Assembly (NCBI GenBank): GCA_031261545.1
Contig: JAISJL010000016.1
Location: 1-46,506, forward strand
Direction: 5' to 3'
DNA: 46,506 bases
Source of the DNA: Candidatus Nomurabacteria bacterium
GTDB taxonomy: Bacteria; Patescibacteriota; Saccharimonadia; Saccharimonadales; Saccharimonadaceae
The first letter of the stretch is position 1. The number at the start of each line of letters is the position of its first letter. The notes below the pieces were generated by a model, which was not told the origin of the DNA, made no database searches, and saw only the letters and a program-made list of their open reading frames with translations. A program made the translations under genes and the position numbers. Below, in pieces: positions 25,901-35,592 of the stretch.

Positions 25901-26884
25901 TCACTCTTTTGCAAGATCACTTTTCCTAATTTGCTCAATACTGTCAAGATAGAATTCCTCTACATCGCTAAGATCTTTCACTTCATATTTTCTGTATTCC
26001 GAAACTGCTTTCTTAATCGCTTCTTCATGACTAACCGCGCCAGCACTATCCAATAACCTGCGTTTACCAGCTTTAAGTTGAGCGTCAAGTTCATCAATAT
26101 AGTCTTTCATATACATCGGCCTATGCTCAATAGCGTTAACCTCGGCCATATCAAAATAGCCAGACACAATATTATTCAAAACCCTCAGCTCAGTTTCGTC
26201 GAGATAATTCTTGGCAATCATAGCTTCCGCTCGGGTCGGTTTGTTACCAGCAAAAGTCATAAGACCCAAGAAAGGTTTATTGGAATCAACACGGTAGTAG
26301 ATAACTTCAGCCGCAGTATGCCCATGAGCCGCAAAATGCAATTTATTCTGAACAATCTTAAAAAACCGAATGGAATCATCGGACTTCGGATTGTAATCTA
26401 GACTCGTAGCATAGAGATCAAGAACCTGACGATACATAACTTTCTCAGATGAACGAATATCACGAATGCGGCCAAGTAATTCTTTCCAATAATCTCCGCC
26501 ACCGAGCCGCTTGAGGCGTTCGTCGTCCATCGTGAAGCCTTTTTTAATATACTCCACCAAACGTACCGTTGCCCATCGACGAAACATCGTAGCGACTTTG
26601 GAGTTAATACGATAACCCAACGAAATAATCATATCGAGATTATAATATTCCACGCCATAGCATTTACCATCCGCCGCAGTTGTCAACTTTTTGTTGACAA
26701 CTGAATCGCTATCCAACTCTTCTTCGTCAAAAATATGTCCAATATGTTTGCTAATGTTTTGCTTGCTCGTTTGATATAACTCAGCTAATTGTTGCTGGTT
26801 AAGCCAAATAGTCTCGTTTTCCAAGCGAGTTTCAATTTTTGTTAGACCATCATCAGTTTGATAGATTATAATTTCGCTACTCAT
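25901..26884 (-). CDS. rhuM: RhuM-family protein (defence-island associated)
   Basis: MSSEIIIYQTDDGLTKIETRLENETIWLNQQQLAELYQTSKQNISKHIGHIFDEEEL is the typical RhuM N-terminus. The start overlaps the res stop (ATGA). Confidence 0.8.
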   Translation of the reverse strand: MSSEIIIYQTDDGLTKIETRLENETIWLNQQQLAELYQTSKQNISKHIGHIFDEEELDSDSVVNKKLTTAADGKCYGVEYYNLDMIISLGYRINSKVATMFRRWATVRLVEYIKKGFTMDDERLKRLGGGDYWKELLGRIRDIRSSEKVMYRQVLDLYATSLDYNPKSDDSIRFFKIVQNKLHFAAHGHTAAEVIYYRVDSNKPFLGLMTFAGNKPTRAEAMIAKNYLDETELRVLNNIVSGYFDMAEVNAIEHRPMYMKDYIDELDAQLKAGKRRLLDSAGAVSHEEAIKKAVSEYRKYEVKDLSDVEEFYLDSIEQIRKSDLAKE

Positions 26885-29577
26885 CTGTCTTCCGCCAATC
26901 TTGTCAATGTATCCTGCAATGAATTCGTTGGTGCAATATATCCAACGCCAATTTCCTTAAAATGCTCACGCCCAGCCAAAATTTTATCTCGCTCATCTTG
27001 TCTCAGGCTGCCATCGTTCACATCATTCACACTCTTCGTTTCAGATACAAAATACACTCTCTCATCACCGTCAAAAACCACCGCCCAGTCAGGGTTATAT
27101 GTCCCAAGCGGTGTGTCAATCTTGAACCAAGCCGGCAATTTTATAAAGAATCTGATTTTCTCATTCGCCTCTAATTCTTCCAAATAGTTCTTTTCGTTTT
27201 CCGAATCTACATCAACAAAGTCATAAATTGTCTTGTCTTTTGCGTGGACTTCCAACGCACCAGATTTTGCCGCTTGATCGTAAATATATTTCTCCAGCTC
27301 GGAATTCTCAAACTTCTGCATATCCCACGACTCGCCCGTTTTTTCATATTTTATCCCATCCACCATTAGTCGCGTCATTGCTTTCGTAATCGCTGTTACT
27401 GTCTCATCAATCACCTGCTGAGGATTTGTCAAAATCTTTTCAGCCAGTCCCGATTCGTCCAAAATTTCATACGCTACTTGTCTAGTAATTTTTGTCTGCT
27501 CAGAAATTTTCTTCAAAACATTCGGAACGCTCACACTATATTCAACATCTTTCGCATAACCTGAATCTGCCACAACACTATCTAACCCACCAGCCATTTT
27601 CGTAATTCGTGTTTTCAAATTTGTTATCTTCGCTTTCTTTATCACGACGTCTTCTAATAATTCAACAGTTTCCCGCGCCAAATCATCATCGCTAAACTCC
27701 ACTGCGTATCGTGTTTTGAATTTGATTTTGTCCCACAATTCCTTAAAGCTTTCGTCCAATTCTAATCGTTTCGTCAATTTCACAGTTTTTCGTTCACTTT
27801 TATTTTTAATTCGTCCGCCGAATGACACACCAGTTTCCGTCTCAATCTCAGTCTGTAATTTTCGGCTAAAATCATCATAACTTTCATTTGCCACAACCGT
27901 CAAAATATTTATTCCATCATCACGAATTCGTTCACCATCACTATCCACTGGCAATCGCAGACCTCGACCAATTTCTTGCCGCTTTTTCATTTCACTACTC
28001 GTTTCGTTCAGCGTGCAGATATTAAACACATTTGGGTTATCCCAACCCTCGCGTAGTGCTGAGTGACTAAAAATAAATTTTACAGGTTCACTCATCGATA
28101 ATAATTGCTCTTTTTTCTTCATTATCAGTTCATATGCACTATCATCATCTTTCGTCTTTCCTCCGTCTTCGCCGTCACGAGAGTCTTTCCATTCGCCACT
28201 TTTTTTATCGGCAGCAAAATAACCATTATGGACTTGCTCGGCGGTGAAACCATTTGCAATTTCAGCGAACCGCGGTTTCGCACTTATTTTTTCATAAGCT
28301 TCTTCAAACCACGATGCAAACCTTCCTTTCATCGCTCCACCATTTACATATTCACGATAATTTGCCACCTTATCGATAAAGAACAGGCTCAATACTTTCA
28401 CTTTTTGCCCATTTCGCGCTATTTTTAATTCTTTTTCGAAATGATTTTCAACAGTTTTTTCAATCTGATATTTCAAAATATCTTCGTGGATACTTTCGTC
28501 TTTTTGTCCTATAAAAAACACTTTACCATTTGTTAATTCAATTGAACTTTCATCGACATAAATTCTGTCCAAAATATATCCATCATAGACTTCGCGTCCA
28601 GTTATTTCTGCCAAATCATCGCCCGGCGATAACTTTATAAACTTTCTTTGCAGACCGACCTTGTCATCGACATCAACTTCCACATTCGCTAGCAGCCCAC
28701 TTTTGCCCTTGCGCTCGATTTTCTCCAGTTTGATATATGCGCCATTATACGAATCCTCACTCATCACGCTATCGACTTCAATCTTCTTCACCAGCCCCTT
28801 GTCATAAGCGTCCACAGGGTTCAGACTATACATCAAATTATAATAATTCTTGTGCGTGGCGCTGTATCGCAAAGTGCAAAGTAGGTTCAGCGACTCAATC
28901 GCCGCCTTACGTTTTTCGGTTTCCATATTTTGCGGCTCATCCACAATCACAATTGGGTTCGTCGCCTTTATAAAGTTTAGCGGCGTGCCATAATCGCTCG
29001 CGCTGTTCATTATGTTCGTCGCTTTGGCAAAAGAATCAATCGTGATGACCATAATTTGCAGGCTGTCGTTAGTGGCGAATTGTCGGGCTTGACCCTTTTT
29101 CTTCGCATCCCAAACGTAATAATCCATTTCGGGATTGCCATACAGCCCAGCAAAATGCTCCTTCGTGATTTCTAAATTTTTCAGCACGCCTTCTTTAATA
29201 GCCACACTCGGCACGACAATAATAAACTTCTTCCAGCCATATTTTTGTCGTAGTTCGTGAATCGTGCGAAGGTAAACATAGGTTTTGCCCGTTCCAGTTT
29301 CCATTTCGACGGTAAAATTGCGATTGTCATTCCGGACTTGATCCGGAATCCAGACATTATTCTGCTGCTGTATTTTCTTAATATTCTCTAAAACTTGTTC
29401 ATCATCTAATTTTATAAGGTTTCGTATCGCACTCGCCTGTTCGATTGTCATCTGCCGTTCGTCGGTATCTAATTCTACCCGCTCCGCACCTACATATGGT
29501 TGACCTTCAAAAATATCAACAACCGCCGAAATTGCCTCTAGTTGATAGTCTAAATTATTTTCAAATTGCAACTTCAT
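26881..29577 (-). CDS. res: Type III restriction endonuclease, Res subunit (SF2 helicase plus a C-terminal PD-(D/E)xK nuclease)
   Basis: Motif I METGTGKTYVY, motif II VIVDEPQNM, motif VI QEIGRGLRL, and nuclease YNPDWAVVF...VYFVSETKS. Confidence 0.88.
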   Translation of the reverse strand: MKLQFENNLDYQLEAISAVVDIFEGQPYVGAERVELDTDERQMTIEQASAIRNLIKLDDEQVLENIKKIQQQNNVWIPDQVRNDNRNFTVEMETGTGKTYVYLRTIHELRQKYGWKKFIIVVPSVAIKEGVLKNLEITKEHFAGLYGNPEMDYYVWDAKKKGQARQFATNDSLQIMVITIDSFAKATNIMNSASDYGTPLNFIKATNPIVIVDEPQNMETEKRKAAIESLNLLCTLRYSATHKNYYNLMYSLNPVDAYDKGLVKKIEVDSVMSEDSYNGAYIKLEKIERKGKSGLLANVEVDVDDKVGLQRKFIKLSPGDDLAEITGREVYDGYILDRIYVDESSIELTNGKVFFIGQKDESIHEDILKYQIEKTVENHFEKELKIARNGQKVKVLSLFFIDKVANYREYVNGGAMKGRFASWFEEAYEKISAKPRFAEIANGFTAEQVHNGYFAADKKSGEWKDSRDGEDGGKTKDDDSAYELIMKKKEQLLSMSEPVKFIFSHSALREGWDNPNVFNICTLNETSSEMKKRQEIGRGLRLPVDSDGERIRDDGINILTVVANESYDDFSRKLQTEIETETGVSFGGRIKNKSERKTVKLTKRLELDESFKELWDKIKFKTRYAVEFSDDDLARETVELLEDVVIKKAKITNLKTRITKMAGGLDSVVADSGYAKDVEYSVSVPNVLKKISEQTKITRQVAYEILDESGLAEKILTNPQQVIDETVTAITKAMTRLMVDGIKYEKTGESWDMQKFENSELEKYIYDQAAKSGALEVHAKDKTIYDFVDVDSENEKNYLEELEANEKIRFFIKLPAWFKIDTPLGTYNPDWAVVFDGDERVYFVSETKSVNDVNDGSLRQDERDKILAGREHFKEIGVGYIAPTNSLQDTLTRLAEDR

Positions 29578-31079
29578 GCGTTTGATCCAGACGGTTTATT
29601 ATCATTTCTTGCGTCAATTAGAATGATGTTGCTTGTCGTGTCTAATTCTAATCTGTCCAAGATGTCCCTAGCACGTCCAAAATCATTATCGGAAAAACAT
29701 GTGATAACACAAATTTTATGTGGTTTTTTTGATGATATGTCGGCAGCGGCATATACATCAAGCTGTTTACTTAGATTCGATTCCAGTTTAGTATTCGATG
29801 CAATCTTGAACTCCACAATTGTCTTGTCGTTAGACCCATAAGACACGGCAAAATCAACTGGGCCACGACCATGGTTAGTTTCTGGATTTACATCAAATTT
29901 GCTTTTGCTGGCAGACCAAATGAGTTTATAGAGCCTTTGCAGACCATTCTCGCCTTGGACTCTCTTGCCATCTTTGTCATAAAACATTCTATAGAGATCA
30001 TTATTTTCAATGTTATCTTTCAATATATCAATTTTCGACATTGCTTCATCATAACTGTTATTAAAATCTCCAAAAGTATAGAATAACGTATCTTGATTAA
30101 GCACCCCAATAGCGTGTTTTGCGTTATCGGAATAAATATCTTCCACAAACGCCACTTCGTCTAAGCTGTGTTCAAAAACCAAATAGCCATCATCTTCGCG
30201 ACTCTTTATATAAGCATCTATCAAAATTGGATATTTCTTCATTACCTTGCTATACAGTTGTTGCAAATCCTCTTTTGACGGCTCTTCTTCACTATTTGGC
30301 ATTAACGAAGATATGTACTCATTAATCTCATCTCGAAGTTGTTCGTTGGATATCCTATCCGGTAATTCTATAAATTGGTCGTACAACCCCTTGTTATTTA
30401 TCCACAAATCACTCTTGGTTAAAATATCTCTTGGCGTCAAGAGCACATAGTCGTTAAGTTCACTATGAAACGGCAATGTAAATACTTTTGGCTTCCATCT
30501 GCGAGTATTGTAATCGAAAACAGCCTTGTCTACTGGCACCTCCCGCAAAAGCGCACTGTCGATGTTTTTGATAGCGAATTGTTGGGTGTATTCCGCAAGG
30601 AAGATTTTTATTAGATTCGTAGTAAAATCGCTAACTTTGTCGTTACCAATTCCGTCGCCCAAAAGACAGAGCTTTTCAAGGTGTATATCAATACCCAAAT
30701 CGTTATCTTTTGGCGGTATAATATTAGATATGTTTTTAATAAGCGCATCAGCAAACTGCCTGCCAAGACCTAACCCTGCGTTACCATTTAATGAAAACCC
30801 AAGCCAAGTTTGTTTCACTTCGTCGAAGTGTAAAAGTCTATCAAACTCCCCTTTATCTCCTACGAACTGTCTACTCTGTAAAAATCTCAGATATTTCGTG
30901 ATCTCGGTATGTAATACTTGATATTCTTCCTTCTCGCTTTCAAATATTAGGAATGGGTCTACGAAAAGGGGCGTATCGTTGATCAAAGAAATATCTATTG
31001 CGCCGTGTTCCTTTATGGTGTCTCTACTAACATTGAAATAATCTGAAAAAAAGACGTTTCCTATGCGCACATCATCCAT
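29574..31079 (-). CDS. Uncharacterised ~500 aa protein inserted between mod and res, with a C-terminal PD-(D/E)xK-like motif
   Basis: GRGPVDFAVSYGSNDKTIVEFKIAS (D418...E432-x-K434, nt ~29806-29860). I recognise no other domain. The start ATG at 31079 is 1 nt after the mod stop, and the stop overlaps the res start. Confidence 0.65.
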   Translation of the reverse strand: MDDVRIGNVFFSDYFNVSRDTIKEHGAIDISLINDTPLFVDPFLIFESEKEEYQVLHTEITKYLRFLQSRQFVGDKGEFDRLLHFDEVKQTWLGFSLNGNAGLGLGRQFADALIKNISNIIPPKDNDLGIDIHLEKLCLLGDGIGNDKVSDFTTNLIKIFLAEYTQQFAIKNIDSALLREVPVDKAVFDYNTRRWKPKVFTLPFHSELNDYVLLTPRDILTKSDLWINNKGLYDQFIELPDRISNEQLRDEINEYISSLMPNSEEEPSKEDLQQLYSKVMKKYPILIDAYIKSREDDGYLVFEHSLDEVAFVEDIYSDNAKHAIGVLNQDTLFYTFGDFNNSYDEAMSKIDILKDNIENNDLYRMFYDKDGKRVQGENGLQRLYKLIWSASKSKFDVNPETNHGRGPVDFAVSYGSNDKTIVEFKIASNTKLESNLSKQLDVYAAADISSKKPHKICVITCFSDNDFGRARDILDRLELDTTSNIILIDARNDNKPSGSNA

Positions 31080-31080
31080 C

Positions 31081-32961
31081 TTACACCACCTCCACATCAA
31101 TCTCATTCTGCTCGGCTTGGAGGAGGATGTTGGCTTTTAATTGGCTGTCGTTTGCGAAACTAGTGTCCAACAAAATCACTTTTGACGGTTTCTCCGTGAT
31201 TATTTTGGCGAAGAGGTCATTGGTGATTTTTTCGGCTAGGCAGATTATTAGATCATTGTCGGAAACTTTATAAAGTTTTTCGGGCGAAGGTTCAATTTCG
31301 CTCATTGGACTGATGCCGTTTTTGAGGAGGAGTTCGGTTAGCAAACTTTCCTCTGTTGCGTCGGCGATAAGTGGCTCAATTTGGTCGAGCATTGCGGTGC
31401 GGAGTTGACCTTCATCGTCATAATGTTCCCGCCATTTTTTGAAATTGCTATCGGAAACTTTATAAACTTTGAAGCCAGTGTCGCCTTTGGCAATTTTCGT
31501 GCCAGCGCGACGGATGCGTTCTTTGGAAATGTCAGCGATGTTTTTGTATCCAGCCTTGAAGGCTTCGGATTTTTCGTCGGTTTCTTCGGGCAGTTGGACG
31601 AGAATCCATTTGCGATTGCCACCGTCCTCGGCGTTTAATTCCATCACGGCTTGGGCGGTTGTGCCTGAGCCAGCGAAGAAGTCTACAACTATCTCACTAT
31701 CTGCAACATCCGCCATTCTAATAAAATGTTTGACAAGATTGACGGGCTTTGGATAATCAAATACTTTGCCATCAAATAGTTGCTTTATCGCATCAGCACC
31801 CGAGCCAGCGCCAATATCATCAATCCAGGTTGTGAATTTCTTTGTATCTTCCTCGCCCTCTTTTGGCTCATACATTTTTTCGTATGCTATCCACTCGCCG
31901 TCCTTATCCTTTTGAAACTCGACATTACCCGCCTCAATCTCATAAGTCATTCTCGCCAGCGCCCACCGCCAGCGCCCATCCCTTGAGGTCTGGGCGCTGT
32001 CGGCACCGTCAGCACCCAATTTTGGGTAAAAATCGTTTCCGTCTGGGTCTTTGATTGGATAATAAAGATTTGGACGGTCTTCGCGGCGGCTGTTCGCTCC
32101 CCATTTTCTTAACAACTGTGTTTTATAGTGCCTGTTTTTATCTTTATCAAATTTCGGATAACTATCGCCTTCTTTAACCTCTTCACCCGCGTTAAACTCG
32201 TCAAGACTTTTTGCATAACAAAGGATATATTCGTGTATGACAGCGTAATACCTACTATCTTGTCTGCCGCCACGACCTTTCCAATTTATCTGCCCAATAA
32301 AATTCTCCGCTCCAAAAATCTCATCCATAATCAACCGCAAATTCGCGACTTCGTTGTCGTCGATGCTGACGAAAATTACACCGTCGGGACGGAGGAAATT
32401 GCGGGCGAGGAAGAGGCGCGGATACATCATATTTAGCCAGTTGCTGTGGAAGTAGCCGTTGTCTTTGGAATTTTTGCGGAGGCCGTCGGTGCGAACGACG
32501 AAACCTTCGTCGTCAATCTCGCCCGTTTCCATCTGGTAATCACGGCGATTTTCGGCGAACTTGTCATTATAAACGAAATCGTTGCCAGTGTTGTAGGGTG
32601 GGTCGATGTAGATCATTTTGACTTTGCCGTAATAGGATTTGTGGAGGATTTTGAGGGCTTCAAGGTTGTCGCCTTCGATAAAGAGGTTTTTGGTCGTGTC
32701 GGGGTTGACGGATTCTTCGGGGGCGGGTTTGAGGGTTTTTGTTGTGCGTTCCTGAATGGCGCGGAAGACGTCAGCTTTGCCTTTCCAGCTGAGGCCGTAG
32801 CGTTTTCCCAAATCAACTTCCTTACCGAGCGTAGCCTGCAATTTGTTCCAGTCGATTTTATCTTCAGCGAAGACTTCGGGGAAAACTTTATAAAGTTTTT
32901 CAATCTGTCCGCTTGCAATATCATCACTGTATCCATCAAGTTTTACTACTTTGTCATCCAT
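31081..32961 (-). CDS. mod: Type III DNA methyltransferase, Mod subunit (N6-adenine, beta-class)
   Basis: Motif IV IYIDPPYNTGNDF precedes motif I VVDFFAGSGTTAQA. The start is set at ATG 32961. Confidence 0.88.
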   Translation of the reverse strand: MDDKVVKLDGYSDDIASGQIEKLYKVFPEVFAEDKIDWNKLQATLGKEVDLGKRYGLSWKGKADVFRAIQERTTKTLKPAPEESVNPDTTKNLFIEGDNLEALKILHKSYYGKVKMIYIDPPYNTGNDFVYNDKFAENRRDYQMETGEIDDEGFVVRTDGLRKNSKDNGYFHSNWLNMMYPRLFLARNFLRPDGVIFVSIDDNEVANLRLIMDEIFGAENFIGQINWKGRGGRQDSRYYAVIHEYILCYAKSLDEFNAGEEVKEGDSYPKFDKDKNRHYKTQLLRKWGANSRREDRPNLYYPIKDPDGNDFYPKLGADGADSAQTSRDGRWRWALARMTYEIEAGNVEFQKDKDGEWIAYEKMYEPKEGEEDTKKFTTWIDDIGAGSGADAIKQLFDGKVFDYPKPVNLVKHFIRMADVADSEIVVDFFAGSGTTAQAVMELNAEDGGNRKWILVQLPEETDEKSEAFKAGYKNIADISKERIRRAGTKIAKGDTGFKVYKVSDSNFKKWREHYDDEGQLRTAMLDQIEPLIADATEESLLTELLLKNGISPMSEIEPSPEKLYKVSDNDLIICLAEKITNDLFAKIITEKPSKVILLDTSFANDSQLKANILLQAEQNEIDVEVV

Positions 32962-32967
32962 GCCCCA

Positions 32968-32976
32968 ATTATACCA
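32968..32976 (-). promoter_or_regulatory. Extended -10 (TGGTATAAT), 6 nt from the mod ATG (leaderless)
   Basis: Minus sense reads TTTGTGGTATAATTGGGGCATGGATGAC. Confidence 0.5.
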
Positions 32977-33017
32977 CAAAATCCCTCCAAAACAAAGTGG
33001 CAAAGTCTTCTATGTCA

Positions 33018-33026
33018 TGCTATAAT
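33018..33026 (+). promoter_or_regulatory. Extended -10 (TGCTATAAT), 8 nt from the pepN ATG
   Basis: caTGCTATAATtatattatATGgaa. Confidence 0.45.
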
Positions 33027-33034
33027 TATATTAT

Positions 33035-35368
33035 ATGGAAACGTTTTTAGACTATTTCACACCCGAAAAATACCAACTTTCGTTAGATATATCTAACGAC
33101 CAATTGTTAGGTTGCCTAACAATTCGCGGCATTACCAAATCCAAAATTGTAAAACTCCACGCCAAAAACATAACCGACATCACTGTCGCGGATTACGCTT
33201 GGACACAAAAAGACGACCACATCCTCATCCAAAACCTACCAAAAAACCAGCAAATCATCCTAAAAATCACCTTCACCTCCCAAATCTCCGCCCAAATGCA
33301 TGGCGCTTACCTGTCAAAATATAATTTCAATGGCAAAGAAAATCACATCATCACCACCCAATTCGAAAGCCACTTTGCTCGCGAATGTTTTCCTTGCATC
33401 GACGAACCCGCCGCAAAGGCAATCTTCGAGCTCACCTTAAAACACGATAAGAACCTCACCGCACTCTCCAACACCCCTGTTGCAAAGTCCGAAAGTAGCG
33501 CTACTTTCACCACCACAACCTTCGAGCCAACCCCAAAAATGAGCACTTATCTTTTAGCTTTCGTCGTCGGCGAATTCAACAAAATCGAAAGCAAAAACAA
33601 TCATAATATAAAAATCACCTCCTACGCCCCACTCAACCAACCCAAAGAAAAACTCCTTTTTGCCAACGAAGTTGCATGTAAATCTCTGGATTTTTACGCC
33701 GACAAATTCGGCATAAATTACCCACTACCAAAACTCGACCAAGTCGCCCTGCCGGATTTCGAAGCCGGCGCCATGGAAAACTGGGGTTTAGTCACCTATC
33801 GTGAAAGCATGTTCCTCTGCGACGAAAACTCATCCATCGAAACCAAAAAGTCAGTCGCTCTCGTCGTCGCTCACGAACTCTCCCACCAATGGTTCGGCAA
33901 TCTCGTAACCATGAAGTGGTGGGACGACCTCTGGCTCAACGAATCTTTCGCCACTATGATCGAATATCTTTGCGTCGAAAAATTATTCCCCCAGTGGCAA
34001 ATCATGGACGACTTTTTCCTCAACGAACGCACTGCTGCCATGAACCGCGACGCCATCGCAGGCGTCCAAACCATCAAGCAAGACATCAAATCCCCCGACG
34101 AAATCCAAACTCTCTTCGACGGCGCCATCGTTTACGCCAAAGGCGCGTGCTTAATGTATATGCTCAAAGACCAACTCGGCGACGATAATTTTTTCTCAGG
34201 TCTACAGGATTATTTCCAAAAGTTCGCCTACTGCAACACCGTCGGCGACGACCTTTGGCAAAGTTTACAACCCTACGCCAATTTCAATATTGCGGATTTC
34301 ATGAATCAATGGCTCACCCAGCCCAATTATCCAATCATCCAAAACGGCAAAATAATTCCAATCACAGACGCAGGGCAAACTTGGACAATCCCCAAAATCA
34401 GCGATGACCTCTCTGGTTATTACCTAATCCAAAACAATTGTGAGACATTCGCCACACAAACGCACCAACAAAAAATGCGCACTCTCCTTGATTTAACCAT
34501 CCTAACCAAATACAACAAAACCCCCAGCCTCCAAATCTTTAATATTTTAGAACAACTTTCCCCCAACGAAGAAACCGTCCTATGGCAACTCGCTACCAAT
34601 CTCCTCTCCAACCTCCGCATCTTTATTGAACCCGAAACGGCCGAAGAAAAGCATTTCCAATCTTTCGTTAACAATCTCCTTGAACCAAAATACCAAAAAC
34701 TCGGGCTAAAAAGCACGCAAACCGAACAACCAGCCATCACCGAATTCCGCCAAACCGTCATCGCGTGGCTTCTCTATGCCAAAAATCAAACGGTCATCAA
34801 CGATTTACTCGCAGAATACCACGAAAACTTCGAACAAATCCCCGCCGAACTCCGCGATAATATCCTCTTCACCAAACTCCGTTTCAATTTTTCGCAAGAT
34901 TTATACGACAAATACCTCGCCGAATATCGCACCACGCACGGCCCCGAACTAAAAGACGATTTAGCAAGCGCGCTCACATCCGCCATAAAAAATCCAGAAA
35001 ACATCACCCAAAACCTCAATCTCATGCAAGATTTCACCATCATTCGTCAACAGGACACCCTTCACTGGTTCGCCAGCCTTCTCCGCAATTTTCACGCTCG
35101 CTCCAAAACTTGGCATTTTTTACAAGAAAACTGGTCTTGGTTCGAGCAAAACTTTGGTAATGACGGCGGACTCAATTACTACCCCATGCTCGTCGCCCAT
35201 GTTCTCAAAACGCCCAAACAACTCGCCGACTATTCCACTTTTTTCGCACCAATGAAACAAGAACCCTATCTTGAGCGCGCCATAAAAATGGGCGAAAACG
35301 AAATCTCCGACCGCATCACCCTCATAACCGACAACCAACCCCAAATCCTACAATATCTCAACAAATAA
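33035..35368 (+). CDS. pepN: M1-family aminopeptidase N
   Basis: GAMENWG exopeptidase motif and the HELSHQWFGNLVTMKWWDDLWLNESFA zinc site (HExxH-18-E). Confidence 0.9.
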   Translation: METFLDYFTPEKYQLSLDISNDQLLGCLTIRGITKSKIVKLHAKNITDITVADYAWTQKDDHILIQNLPKNQQIILKITFTSQISAQMHGAYLSKYNFNGKENHIITTQFESHFARECFPCIDEPAAKAIFELTLKHDKNLTALSNTPVAKSESSATFTTTTFEPTPKMSTYLLAFVVGEFNKIESKNNHNIKITSYAPLNQPKEKLLFANEVACKSLDFYADKFGINYPLPKLDQVALPDFEAGAMENWGLVTYRESMFLCDENSSIETKKSVALVVAHELSHQWFGNLVTMKWWDDLWLNESFATMIEYLCVEKLFPQWQIMDDFFLNERTAAMNRDAIAGVQTIKQDIKSPDEIQTLFDGAIVYAKGACLMYMLKDQLGDDNFFSGLQDYFQKFAYCNTVGDDLWQSLQPYANFNIADFMNQWLTQPNYPIIQNGKIIPITDAGQTWTIPKISDDLSGYYLIQNNCETFATQTHQQKMRTLLDLTILTKYNKTPSLQIFNILEQLSPNEETVLWQLATNLLSNLRIFIEPETAEEKHFQSFVNNLLEPKYQKLGLKSTQTEQPAITEFRQTVIAWLLYAKNQTVINDLLAEYHENFEQIPAELRDNILFTKLRFNFSQDLYDKYLAEYRTTHGPELKDDLASALTSAIKNPENITQNLNLMQDFTIIRQQDTLHWFASLLRNFHARSKTWHFLQENWSWFEQNFGNDGGLNYYPMLVAHVLKTPKQLADYSTFFAPMKQEPYLERAIKMGENEISDRITLITDNQPQILQYLNK

Positions 35369-35372
35369 TCTC

Positions 35373-35449
35373 TGGTGGATCGCGAGGGACTCGAACCCCC
35401 GACCCTCTCGGTGTAAACGAGATGCTCTAGCCAACTGAGCTAGCGATCC
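35373..35449 (-). tRNA. tRNA-Val (anticodon UAC), with CCA encoded
   Basis: Minus sense reads GGATCGC-TA-GCTC-AGTTGGCTA-GAGC-A-TCTCG-TTTACAC-CGAGA-GGGTC-GGGGG-TTCGAGT-CCCTC-GCGATCC-A-CCA. A 77-nt cloverleaf folded by hand. Confidence 0.9.
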
Positions 35450-35515
35450 ATAGGCTCATTATACCACAACGAAGCGAGTATATCAAGAAATACGGTATTA
35501 TACCAATATCAAAAT

Positions 35516-35547
35516 CCACCCCCAGAATCCCACGATTCAAGGGGTGG
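35516..35547 (-). terminator. Possible terminator hairpin downstream of the 35593-36315 gene
   Basis: A 7-bp CCACCCC/GGGGTGG stem with an 18-nt loop, followed in minus sense by ATTTTGATATT. The U-tract is weak. Confidence 0.35.
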
Positions 35548-35592
35548 CAACGCTCTACCCTATAGATTTTCTACTGCGTATGTAATGAAAAT

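Noticed and set aside
35373-35592. tRNA-Val as a possible integration site for the neighbouring R-M island or surface-protein genes.
   Set aside because: There is no integrase and no direct repeat of the tRNA 3' end that I could see. The R-M island is also separated from the tRNA by pepN.
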